From Takakia lepidozioides (lineage: Eukaryota > Plantae > Bryophyta), in NCBI GenBank assembly GCA_030704615.1, contig CM060732.1:10788001-10852000 (forward strand): 64,000 bases of DNA, written 5' to 3'. Below, piece after piece: positions 1-12,316 of this stretch; the first letter of the stretch is position 1; each line of letters starts with the position of its first letter. Under the pieces are notes generated by a model, which saw only the letters and a program-made list of their open reading frames with translations, was not told where the DNA came from and did no database searches. The translations under genes and the position numbers were made by a program.

Positions 1-1102
1 CCAGTGGTTCACGATTTTCAGTCTAAATGGAAATGCGGTACCGCATTTCCGTTCTAGAGAGTATGAAGGTCCCCCCCGGACGGAAATGCAGTGCCGCATT
101 TCCGTCCCATTCCTCAACGCCTCAGATACAAAACGGAAATGCGGCGCTACATTTCCGTTCTGGAATGTGGGAAGGCGACTGGGACGGAAATGCGGTGCCG
201 CATTCCTGTTCCGGTGCTTCACGATTTTCAGTCGAAATGGAAATGTGTAACCGCATTTCCGTTCTGGAGAGTATGAAGGTCTCCCCCGGACGGAAATGCG
301 GAGCCGCATTTCCGTCCCACAGCTCCATGCCTAAGATAGAAAATGGAAATGCGGCACCGCATTTCCGTTCTGGAATGTCGGAAGGTGCGACTCGGACGGA
401 AATGTGGTGCCGCATTTCAGTTCTGGTGGTTCACGATTTTCGCTGTGGGACGGAAATGCGGTACCGCATTTCCGTTCTGGAGAGTATGAAGGTCATCCCC
501 AGACGGAAATGCGGTGCCGCATTTCTGTCCCACAGCTCCATGCCTGTGATATAAAACGGAAATGCGGCGCCGCATTTCCGTTCTGGAATGTCGGAAGGTG
601 CAACTCGGACGGAAATGCAGTGCCGCATTTCAGTTCCGATGGTTCGCGATTTTCGCTGTAGGACCGAAATGCGGTACCGTATTTCCGTTCTGGAGAGTAT
701 GAAGGTCTCCCCCGGACGGAAATGCGGCACCGCATTTCCCTCTGACGGCTCCATGCCACAGATACAAAACGGAAATGCGGTGCCGCATTTCAGTTCCAGT
801 GGTTCATGATTTTCAATCAGAACGGAAAAGCGGTACAACATTTCCATTCCACCTTCACATACCTTAGTTGTTGAATAGAAATGTTGTGCCGCATTTCCGT
901 TCTGGAGAGTATGAAGGTCTCAGCCGGACGGAAATGCGGCGCCGCATTTCGGTTGTGGAATGTCGGAAGGTGCGACTCGGATGGAAATGCGGTGCCGCAT
1001 TTCAGTTCCGGTGGTTCACGATTTTCAGTCAAAATGGAAATGGGGTACCGCATTTCCGTTCTGGAGAATATGAAGATATCCCCCGGACGGAAATGCAGTG
1101 CC
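1..1102. repeat. Tandem array, ~210-213 bp unit made of four ~53-bp subunits, each centred on the palindrome GGAAATGCGG-NN-CCGCATTTCC; open at window start
   Basis: GTATGAAGG recurs at ~61, 271, 484, 697, 909; perfect 22-bp palindrome GGAAATGCGGTACCGCATTTCC at 29-50. ORFs here are repeat artefacts. Confidence 0.9.
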
Positions 1103-1590
1103 TTCCATCCCTTGTGCACATCCGTTATGTTCCCACATTTGGCATACATGCTAGCAAGGGCAGTTTCCAGGACGATATTTGGCTCAATTCTGGCTTTGAT
1201 AATATTAGCATGGATCTTTTTGCCCTTTTCCAGGTCTGCTAGGCTGGCACATGCATCGAGAACGGAAGTGAATGTGACTTTGTCCGGTACCCACCCTTCC
1301 CATATCATTTGCTCATAGGTCTCCAAGGTGACCACACCCTTGCTGAGCATATCCTGCAATCATCGCACAATGAAACCATATCTCGTACAGCCATATTGTC
1401 GAAAACTCGATGGGCTTCCTTCATGCTCCCGCACTTGGCATATATGGCAGCAAGGGCAGTCTCTAGAATGATATCTGGTACAGTTCCAGCTTTCATAATG
1501 TCAGCTTGGACCTGTTTTCCCTTTTCCAGGGCACCTATGCTGGCACACGCCTTGAGAGCAGATACGGACGTGACCCTGATAGGCACGGCC
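1103..1590 (-). pseudogene. PLS-class PPR gene fragment, frameshifted and cut off by the array
   Basis: [51 protein letters not shown] motifs in different frames. Confidence 0.9.
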
Positions 1591-1734
1591 TGCTAAGACC
1601 AAGCTGACTCTCCCAAGAACCTTGTAAACATCAAGAACAATACCAAATGATGGTCCTAACAGTAGCCAAGAGCCCACAGAACAATCACAGGAAGCATAAA
1701 AAGAGTTCATTGGATGCATAGAGAGCTGAATACA

Positions 1735-1984
1735 ACCGTCCAACATACCAACAATATAAGACAGAGGGACAAGGTCTCCTGAAGTAGTGACAGTTCCTCT
1801 TAGCGGCAATTTCGGAGTGACATGAGAGTTTAGAAGTTTTTGCATGGCTACCAGAATTTCCCAACGAATGCCTGAGTAACCTTGCATCAATGTGTTGGTG
1901 TGCACCAGCATGGCCGCTCGCGTGGTGCATGCTGGCAGGGTGTTACCGTCGCCCTTGGCACCAATGACTCCGGCATTGAGAAAC
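1735..1984 (-). pseudogene. PAL: Phenylalanine ammonia-lyase exon-2 fragment with its upstream splice acceptor
   Basis: ttcag|GTTTCTCAATGCC (R|FLNAG, the usual PAL intron position); [15 protein letters not shown]...[19 protein letters not shown], with MIO motif ASG reading TSG. Confidence 0.9.
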
Positions 1985-2221
1985 CTGAACTCATAAATTG
2001 TGCACGTGCGATATACATAACATGAGCAGCTTATAAGTAGTTTTTCTCAAGACATTAGTCTATCCAGCCATGGTTCACTTACCAAAACAGTCGGCAGTTA
2101 CTTGTAGAGCACATTGAATTACATGCCCCCCCCACCTCTCTTCCACAGCTTATCAATTTCACTTTGTTTCGATCATCAGGCTTGACACTCTCAAGACCCA
2201 CATGGAGGCAAACACAGACCT

Positions 2222-2431
2222 TAAGACCAAGCTGACTCTCCCAAGAACCTTGTAAACAGCAGGAAACGGTGTGTGAAACCTCTCCACGCTCGAGCACGCG
2301 ATGCCCCCCGCGCTGCAAGACAATTTGGGTAGTCCGGGTAGGTATAAAACATTTGATGACGACGATGATGTGGCTGCGATGACGTGGCTATGAAACGTGG
2401 CGACGAAACGTGGCGATGATGATGTGGCACT
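2222..2431. repeat. Duplicated upstream segment of the two PPR copies (paralogue at ~7394-7570)
   Basis: ~165 bp shared between 2270-2431 and 7448-7570; TAAGACCAAGCTG...AACCTTGTAAACA also at ~1595, 2222, 6046, 7396. Confidence 0.75.
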
Positions 2432-3168
2432 AGGGCTTCGCATTGCTCCGCACTACTAGCGACGAATTCTGAGAACTACATTCAATTTTTCACAAAAAAG
2501 GGGTGGGTCATCCCCGCGGTGTTACATGCAGAGATCCCGTGTTTTGTTTTTTTCTGGAAGAAAAATGGCGGATCTGCATTTCAATGTTCAATTTTCACAA
2601 GCCACATCAATCAATAACCAAATACCCTTACAATCACTATAAGAACATTCAAGCAGCCACCATGGGATTGGATCTTGGTGGGTTAAGACTAGCTTTTGAC
2701 AATATTCATGCAAGTTCGTCAAGGGCTCCATTCAAAGCCACACCACGAGAAACAAACAAACATGTCCAAATTTAAGATGCTGAACAAACTTGTGCACAGG
2801 GCTGCCCCTCTCATCAAGCTCATTTAAATTCGTATTCACTTCCATCTTCAAGCTTTGGAGAAGCTCCACCACCCAAACGACAGCACTCTGATTTCCATCC
2901 ACTGTCACCAGAATTAGTCAAAAATCACCCCTTCAGTCAAGTGCAATTGTGGGCTGACTTCCCACCTATGCCGGGTAGACCCCACTATCAGGAAATGGTG
3001 GATGGTCTGAGTAGCTACACAGATCAATGAATGAAGCAAGACACTTGCATCTTGCACACTCAACAGTACATGATGGTCAGTACTCTCAGGAAATGGTGGA
3101 TGATCTGAGTAGCTACACAGATCAATGAATGAAGCAAGACACTAGCATCTTTCCAAGAAAACATCCTT

Positions 3169-5460
3169 TCACCAGTAATCACCACAAGAACCCATCTTCA
3201 AAGTGCTGGAAAGTAGTTAGCGTCCCATACAACAATTGCTCGGCCAACAATCTCTGAGATGAATTTGGTGGAGGTGTGGCAGTCTCCACACACTCGAAGA
3301 TTCTTGATAAGTCGTGCTGATCAGCCCAAAACCAATGGCCAGCTTCTCACTGTGGTGGCAAAGAGAAAATTCCTTTCCTCCATATCATGCAATAAAGAGC
3401 GTGTGTCAGGCACATACCCCGCCTCCTTCATCTGCCCAGACAATCTTCTCAGCTCCGCATGGATTTCCTTAATTCTGGGATGCAACTTGTCCCTGTGACC
3501 TTCATCATTCTTCTCACCTTTGCAGTATCCCCACCTGCCAGCTGCAGCATAGAGTTTGATATAGCAACACATAAGTCGCGACATCCTGTAAATCCCACTT
3601 GAGGATAGATGTTGCCACAGCCATCTCCACATTGCCATGGATTCTGCAGGCACCAAGCAAGGCCTTCCACACCACAACATCTGGATTGATTGGCATTTTA
3701 TTAATCAGGTCCACTGCCTCATGTAGTTGGCCCGCGCGTCCAGAAGGTCCACCATGAAGCCAAAGTGTTTTACTGGCGGGGTGACACCATGATCTTGACT
3801 CAGGGAATCGAAGTAGCGTCTTCCTTCATTCAGTAGGTCAGTGTGGCTGCATGCAGAGAGAACACATATAAAGGTGATACTGATGTGGTTGCACTTCACC
3901 CCTTCCCCCATCATATGCTCATAGGTCTCCAAGGCCTCCATTGTGCATATCCTGCAAGCATGGCGTTCCATGACACCAAATCTCGTTCAGCCATACTGTT
4001 GAACACTCCTTCCGCATCCTCAATGCTCCCACATTTGGCATACATGTCCACGAGTGTATTGTTCAGGATCACATCTGCTACAATTCCAGCTTTGGCGATG
4101 CAACCATGCACCTCTTTGCCCTTTTCCAGGGCTGCCAGGCTTGTACACGCACTGTAAACGCACACAAATGTGATGTGGTTGGGCTTCACCCCTTCCCCCA
4201 TCATTTGCTCATAGGTCTCCAAAGCCTCCATCCCACACCCTGCAAGCATTGCGTTCCACGACACCACATCTCATTCAGCCATAGTGTTGAAATTAACTCC
4301 CTTCGCATCCTTAATGCACCCACATTTGGCATACATGTCCACCGGGGTAGTGTTCAGGATGACATCTAGTACAATTCCAGCTTTGATGATGTCACCATGG
4401 ACCTCTTTCCCCTTTTCCAGAGCTCCCAGGCTTGCACACGCATTGCAAACACAAACAAATGTGACGTGGTTGGTTTTCACCCCTTCGCACATCATTTGCT
4501 CATAGGTCTCCCAAGCCTCCATCCTGCGCCCTTGGTGTGCATATCCTGCAATCATCGCACTCCACGACACCACATCTCGTTCAGCCATACTGTCGAACAC
4601 TCCCTTCATACATGTCCACAAGGGTATTGTTCAGAATGACATTTGGTACAACTGCAGCTCTGACCATGTCGCCATGGACCTCTTTGCCCTTTTCCAGAGC
4701 TGCCAGGATTGCACACGCATTGCAAATGCACAGAAACGTGATGTGGTCGGGCTTCACCCCTTCCCCCATCATTTGATCATAGGTCTCCAAAGCCTCCATA
4801 CCACGTCCCTGCTGTGGATACCCTGCAAGCATCGTGTTCCATGACACCACATCTCGTTCAGCCATAGAGTTGAAAACTCCCTTCGCATCCTTAATGCACC
4901 CACATTTGGCATACATGTCCACCAGGGTAGTGTTCACAATGACATCTGGTACAATTCCAGCTTTGACGATGTCATCATGGACCTCTTTCCCCTTTTCCAG
5001 GGCTCCCAGGCTTGCACACGCATTGCAAACACAAATGAACGTGATGTTAGGTCGAAGAAGAAGGTGCCCTCACCAAATTGGCCTTGACCTTGTGGCATGA
5101 CCCATGGAGGATTTGACCACCCATGCTTGGTAAATCCTGCCAACATTATATTCCACGTGATCAAAGATCGTTGAGGCATTCTGTTGAACACTTGGTGAGC
5201 ATCCATGATGCTCATGCACTTAACATACATGTTGACAAGGGTGTTGAGTAGAAAAACATTTGGCGTCCACTTTGGATAATGTGAGTGTGCATCTGCTTTC
5301 CAGCTTCAAGGCCTTCCATCTTGATGCACTTATGCAAGAGACAGACATAAAATTTGCTGAAATGCCTCCTTGCAGGTTTAAAGTCTGTAGAGCCTCTTTC
5401 ATTCTGCCTGCCTCACAAAGCATCTTCACATGCCCAGAAGGCATTGTGGACTCCCTCTCT
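3169..5460 (-). pseudogene. PLS-E-DYW pentatricopeptide RNA-editing factor with many frameshifts
   Basis: Repeated DMYAKCG/VVSWN motifs; E domain VVWKALLGACRIHGN; [23 protein letters not shown] and terminal DYW-stop at 3169-3180. Confidence 0.93.
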
Positions 5461-7724
5461 TGATCCTCTTCCAGAAGCTGTGGTCATGGTTGAGGTGCCT
5501 GATTTTATCAACTGTGCCGCTGCTGCCTTTAGTTGACCATCTACACATGCAGGTTTCTTGTAGCTATTGATCCACAGGGAATCATACGTAATCTTAGTGC
5601 TTTGGCCCTCTTGGATGAATCTGGACCCACACTCTATCCCTTCTCCTCAGCTATCCATGCCTCTGCACAAATCATGCATTCATCTTTGCCCTTGTTGCAT
5701 CTAACATGCATTCACCTTTTTGCCTCGGTTGTCCCACCATTGACTGGGGTCAGAAAAGTATTCATTCCACAGCTTCTCCTCATCTTTGTTACCTGTTTTT
5801 GGATACTTTCATGTTGTCACATTGGCAGTATCATGACAAAGTCACTCCAAACTAGATTCACTCAACCAGGTAACTTGCAGAATTCAACATGGAAATTTAG
5901 GGCAGATTCTGATAAGAGGGGAAAACAGGGTGAAATGTGTTGAAGAAAGCAGTGCCTAATTTTATCAATTGTGCCGCTGCTGTTGCGGCTTCCAGTTGAC
6001 CATCTACCCATGCAGGTTTCTTGTCTGGGATGGAACTTGCTTGCTAAGACCAAGCTGAATCTCCCAAGAACCTTGTAAACATCAGGAAGAATTGACCTTG
6101 TGTCTTGACCCATGGAGGATTTGACCGACCATCAACCCAAAAGGACCTCTCGTGTGTGCTGCTTGTGTCTCAAATGGAGACCTAAGCTTGATGGGTTGTA
6201 GCTTGATCGAAGCAGCATTTGCAGAATGTTTGATTTGGCTTTCGATCCCTACCACCATGAAAGATTAATGATCTACAAACAATTCAAGAGCTTGCCCCAA
6301 GTGTGGAGAAAATCTGAAGGAACGTGACTACTTCCCAAATCGGAGATAACTCCTTGCTAAAATACAAACCTTGCCAGAAATATTTGCTCTCTGGCTGCAC
6401 AACCATCTATGAGACATACAGCTGAAGTATCACATTATGGTCCCATGCAGTTCTTCATCCGATGGACGTTAAAGAAGGGTGTCATGACTATAACAGTATT
6501 ACCCAATTCTCGTCGGAAAGTGAAGGAGGACCACATTTGTACTGCTTACTGATTTCACCATACTGATGTCTTTCAAGCATGATCATACTTAAATGAGGGC
6601 AACTAAAGTAAAGAAGGACTTTTGCAAAGAGAAAAGAGGGAACAAAGGGGATCCGCAGATGCCACAACCAGCACTTGTGCCATCTCACGACAATGAAGCT
6701 GAAACGTAGATGCATTTATTGACACAATTTTTAATGAGAATCGGTCAGCCTTGCATGTAACATAACGTACCCATAGATGCCTCCTCCCAAACTGCCCTCT
6801 TCTCTCTCACACAATAAGGTTACAGGCTTATTACCATGCTCTAGCTGGACAATGCGGCACATCAATGCTGCATTTCTGCTTGCTACGTCTGCCATGACTG
6901 CCGCTCTGTGCTTCCCACCAAGAAATCATCCTTGAGTCACCAAGTGTATTCCTTGTATTCCCACCAAGGAATACAAATCTTCCAACCCCTGCGCAAACCC
7001 TGACATGGATACTATCCTTAAACAACAAGGGGACAAATTTCATATCTCTGTCAAGAGCTGAAAGCAGGCCTAAGTTGTGGCTCAACACATTATCCACGGT
7101 GTACTACTGAACTGGGCTAACCACTAAACAACAGTTGGTTGCTTGAAGGAGAGACAGATTTGAACCAAATTCCTCCCCATCTTGCCGAAATCCCTGAAAT
7201 TGGTCACTTATCTTGCCTTGAAACCAATGAACTGATTTGAACTCCGACAATCCACCGACGCGGAACGCAGATCATTGAGTATATGTATTATTCATCAGGC
7301 AGAACAGGACGTTGCTGTAGTCAGGTAATGTCAGATTGGTCTGTGAGAACAACCACGGTGCAGCTGAGCAGGCAAAGATTGAAACAAAGCCTGCTAAGAC
7401 CAAGCTGAACCTTGTAAACATCACCACGAATACCACCTGCGATCGTGTGTGTGAAACCCCTCCGTGTTCGAGCACGCGATGCCCCCCGCGCTGCAAGACA
7501 GTTTGGGCAGTCCGGGCAGATATAAAACATTTGACGATGACAATGACGTGGCGACGATGACGTGGCACTATGGCACCCTACTATTCCTGCTCTACGCTAA
7601 ACTAGCTTCCAACCTTCCGTCGTCGCTAGAATTACTGTCGGAATGGCAGAAATTCCCAAAAAGCCTGCCGGACCCCTTCTTCAAAAAATATTAATTAGTC
7701 CGGCGGGGTCCTGATGAATAGCGT

Positions 7725-8460
7725 AGGCAAGTACGGTATTGACATTGTTTGTGATATGCTCACTAGGTCTGCATGTATTAGCATACCATCAGGAGAACAA
7801 TTGATATAAATTATTGATACTTTCAAGCAGATAACATAATTGCCCAACATTGTGAATGCAATTGATGGAAGCCACATCTTTTTTCAGAGAAACGAACAAG
7901 AGGGTGACCTTGGCTGCTACGGACTTTTACAACCGAAAAAACTCAACAACATTGTTCTACAAGCTGTATCTGATGCAAATAAGGTATTTTAGAATGTCTG
8001 TGCCAGCCAACTAGGGGATGTGCAGATGGAGATCAGTTCAAGGTGTCGCGGTTGTATAGAGAGCTAAAAGATCGTATAGTTTTGTAAGAACCAGTGGTTA
8101 CAGGTCGTCAAATGAGGATTATACCATATGTGATTGGTGATTCTGCTTACCCGATCCACACATATCTGAAGAAGAACTTCAAGCCACGCAACCCTGAAGA
8201 CATTGACAAGAGGCGTCTTGATTATAACATGAACAGTACTTGTAGAGTAACTTGTTATTGAAAGTGTTTTGGTTCTTTGAAAAACCGTTGGCGCATTCTG
8301 AGAAGCTTTAACTTTAGGGTTGATAGGGCAACAAAATCATAATTGCTTGTTGTGTGCTGCATAATTATTGTCAGTTCTAGGGCATACCTGAGCCTAGATA
8401 TGGCAATGTTAGAGACAATTTGGCAGGTTTCGGTGCAGCAATATTGCCTACTTTTATTAT
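7725..8460 (+). mobile_element. PIF/Harbinger DDE nuclease remnant
   Basis: LPNIVNAIDGSHI, DFYNRKK, IVLQAVSDA, YVIGDSAYP, FGSLKNRWRIL, with stops and frameshifts; homologous to the remnant at 57.9-58.3 kb. Confidence 0.88.
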
Positions 8461-8489
8461 GGTGAAGTTGCAAAAGCAAAAAATGAAAG

Positions 8490-9395
8490 GAAGGGAAAGA
8501 GAGAAAGAGAAGACTTTGGCCGAAGCCAGCGTAACTAAGAGCCACTTCGCCTTGCGGATACTGCCCCCTTTCGGGGGTGGGCCCTATAGAAAGAAAGGTG
8601 TCATGTGGGACACCAGGTGACCGTACAAAATAGAGGGGTCTGTGGTACCCTTGGGTACCCAGGGGTACCCAGGGAGACCTAGGGTGCATTTGGAGTGCCG
8701 GATTCCAATTGGCATTTGTTGGTGATAATAGCTGTGAGGGAACAGAGCGCCATGGATTGCTTTAAAACATTTGTGGATGGGGATCTTGAAGTTATCATGT
8801 ATGTCATTGATACTGGCGTTATGAATGTCGCCTCGAGTACCGGCGGTGATGATGGTTAATGGGCCGGTTTTCCAACCATGGCGTCGGATTGTGAGGATAA
8901 GCGGGGCGTATTTTTGCCATTTTTCTATAATCGAGTTGTTGGGGTATCGATCATGGCAGAATGTAAATTCAATGAAGTGTATAGTGAATTGTGGGGATGG
9001 TGAGGTGGGTGGCAGGGTGTTAATGGGTAGGCCCTGGACAAGGAGTATGTCCAGGCAAAGCCTAGCAGGGCAGGAGCATGGTGATCGGGTGCATATGCAT
9101 GATAACAGCCATTGTGTGTGGTCTGGTGGCCGACCTTGGTAGGTGCTAGCGTTAATAAGTGAGAACCATCGGGTTTCAGTACGGTTTTGAAAGAGTTTAC
9201 GGAGATGCCAGACTGCGTGGTTACAACGTGTGATCTGAAGGCCATGTATAATTGGGTGCGTACATTGGCTAAGGAGGTGCGATCAAGTGTCACGCGCTTG
9301 GTGAGTAGTTGAGCATAATGGGTAGTAGGGGGATGAGAATAGATGCGGCCAAAGGAAGGGAAAAAAATTGTACGAGCAATGGTTGATTGAAAATC
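8490..9395 (-). mobile_element. 5'-truncated non-LTR retrotransposon fragment with a restriction-like endonuclease (RLE) domain
   Basis: Minus-strand reading RLCLDILLVQG...IHFIEFTFCHD...KWQKYAPL...GWKTGPLTIITAGTRG fits the PD..E..K..KY RLE pattern; boundaries approximate. Confidence 0.65.
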
Positions 9396-9475
9396 CACGA
9401 TAATAAATTAAAATACACACTTTGTATGATTTGTGCATAGTATCGACTGTGTAGAACCAAAACATATTAGCAAAA

Positions 9476-10161
9476 TCAATTGCTTCCACCTGCAGAAGAG
9501 GCACCAGAGCCAATGCCTGATTTTAGGGCATCTGCAAAAAGAGTTCCCATTTGCAGCTGGCCTTGCAAGACCACATCACGTCTTGCTTGCTCATTCTGAA
9601 CAATTTGAGATGTGATCCTCTCTGTCATTTCCATCTTCAACTTCTGAATCTCCTTGATCCCATCAGAGGATTCTTTGATAGTGCCAGCAATGGCTAAAGA
9701 TCCAACAGATAAACGCCGTTTCTTTGAATTGGGACGACCATGCCCACCTGGCAGCCTACAAGCTTGGTTCATGGAGTGCTTTGCACCGAGGTAGCTTCAT
9801 CAGGAGTAGTCTTTGGTGTCACACCTGATCCTGTTCCAGAAACATAGCTTTGACCAAATACATGAGTTTGTCCGATAGAGCTTAGAGGGACACCATCAAA
9901 TTGTGTCTCTTGCACATCATCAAGCTCAATGACTTGGGGAGGGCTGTAATATACTCCTTGATCAATACCTCCCGGAATTCCTGTAAGCTTTGCTGTGCCT
10001 CCCATAATCATGTCAATTTTCTCATACCATGGCCAATCAGATGGAGGAGCACTAGTTACTGAACATTTTCTCTTTTCCTCTCGATATATGTCCTTGAGCT
10101 TATCTACCTTGTCGTGACAAATGGTTCCACAAACGGAGTGGTGCATTGGGCAACCTTGCAC
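9476..10161 (-). mobile_element. Harbinger Myb/SANT (trihelix-like) DNA-binding ORF remnant
   Basis: CHDKVDKLKDIYREEK...PSDWPWYEKIDMIMG plus C-terminal coiled coil; convergent with the nuclease remnant. Confidence 0.75.
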
Positions 10162-10199
10162 TTAGTTTCTCTGCAATGTAAACTCAGTATTTTCCCCTC

Positions 10200-10475
10200 A
10201 TAGGTCCCGCCCATGATCCCAATATTTCGACCATAAGGTTTCATGTAAGGGGCACATTGTCGCATCTGTGACCAGTGGAACTGTGAGTAGTATGGGCCAA
10301 AGTAGGGGAATAAGTCCACTGTCTGCCCTCTCCCTGGAAGAACCACAATATCCTCCATTGCAAATAGCCCACGACCCATGGAAGGGTGGGTCGCGGCTTT
10401 CACACAATATCGCCAACCCCAAAACTCAAATGGTTGGCCATGAGGAATGGGACCGGAGGCACTAGTGCACGCCAA
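10200..10475 (-). pseudogene. SET-domain N-terminal fragment
   Basis: MGRGLFAMEDI...LFPYFG resembles SET motif GxGLFAxxDI..Y.G; catalytic NHS part absent. Confidence 0.5.
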
Positions 10476-12118
10476 AGGCTAGGCCTGAATGGTGTCTGCA
10501 TCATCGTCTTGGTCTCTAACCCCATGATCATCGGGCTGTCGTACCTCAAGTACCGGTGGCGGCCTACACCTCCTAGAGGTCCTAGGGGTCCGGGTGGCAC
10601 GTGCACGTGACACCGGACAAAACTACATTGGTTTTTTTTATGGCCAAACGTCATTTTAGTTTACCAAGTGGATGCGCTCCATGGCTAAGCGATGGTATGA
10701 AGTGAACCGCCACGGTCTCTGCGCTGACAAGCAAAGCATGGCGGATCATCGACGTTTTTTGGCTGATCCGCCATTTTTTGCCTCCATGTGCGTAGGAGTG
10801 CATTACCCAGCAGAGCTTCTAGCAACAGGTCAATTTTTGTTTTCAGAAAAAGGTGACCGAGGCCTTTTGAAGACAAGGAAGTAATCCTCTTCACAAATAA
10901 AAAGAAAAAACAGAACAAAAAATGAATTATTTGAATGAATGATTTCGTAAAAATATGAATAATATATTTTTATTTTATCTATATATGTTTTTTTTTAAAG
11001 TAAAAGGGACGGAGGCCTTTAACTCATATTAAATAAAAACGGCCAAACATAGAGGAAAAAATAACCTCTGATGAGTGCCATAAGGCTGAAGCCAGAAGAC
11101 TTTGCTTCAGGACCTGCAAAGAAGGAGGGGAAGAAGAGGGAGCAGAGACCTGCACAATAGTACTTTTTAATGGATGATTGTGTGGTATGAACCAAGCATA
11201 ATCACACATAATCAACCAAGAAAAAGTGGAGAGTAACACTTTTCATCTATATTTCATCCAATCCTCCTTTTTCATTTACTTGGAATTTATTCATACTGAC
11301 ACAATTCAATCTAGTAAGCCGATGGTAATGATGGGATTACATCACAGATTAATTATTATAAATAAGTGCATTACCAATTTGTAACCCGGCTAGATAATGC
11401 ATTGAAGGACTTCCACTTCATGCGGAAGCAACCCTAACTTCTCTGCCAGAGACATGTACATAGTTTTGTCTGGTCACCTAGAAGGATCTAGCATATAACT
11501 ATAGACAAGATGAGAAGATAAACATACAGTATGTCAAGTCCAGGGGTAAGAATTACACCTCATACATGTGGCTTGTGTGTGCAACAACCTCGAGGCAGTC
11601 TTGGACTTCCATACAACCCAAGCGACAACAGGTTTTGGCTCTGTTACTCGGAGGTTCTAATCCTTTCATTGACCAATTGTACCCGCTAGGAAGTTAAATA
11701 AGGAAGAAATATTCTCTATACAGGGGAAGGCCAACATAGAAGGTGATTATCAAGGGCCGAGAAGACATGGGGTGGCAATTAATGTGGTGCATTGAGATGT
11801 GGTTTAGCTGCCACCCTTTGAATCTGAAATATATCCAAGTCAGAGCAGTAAACTCGCAACTTGCAATTTGAGAGGTAACTATCGAAATAATGAGACATCC
11901 ATATCCAAGGTAAAGAAGAGCTTTCAAAGATGAATACAGGGACTGGGCAAAACACCAAGGAAAGTCACAAACAAGAAGACACATTAGAAATAGGAAGCAA
12001 ACCAGCATTACTGCTGTCTCATGACTTGGAGAATCAATCTAAAAAATTGAGACAAATCAACTATGCCTGTATAACAGCGACCAGCTGTCATCCAATCATA
12101 CATTTTGACTTAATACAA

Positions 12119-12149
<31 letters not shown>

Positions 12150-12316
12150 AGTGGTCTGAAGACAGCTCGCCACTTAAGACTTAAGAATCTGAAATAGCAC
12201 ACCCATAAATCCTGGGGCCAGAACCACAGCTATAACTCCTTAGATCAATCTCCACAGGGGCTGGGACAGTTACATCTAAAAGCTTCCAACATACATACCT
12301 TCTATCACTAGCTTGT

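Noticed and set aside
27-1242. Long ORFs in the first kb and in other repeats (27-29 kb, 48.7 kb, 60.6-61.1 kb)
   Set aside because: Translations of tandem or palindromic repeats with no domain signal.
6130-7270. Short ORFs upstream of the DYW pseudogene
   Set aside because: No recognisable motif; left unannotated.
8536-8560. TAAGAGCCACTTC as a Harbinger TIR
   Set aside because: No partner found; it lies within the presumed 3' region of the RLE retroelement.
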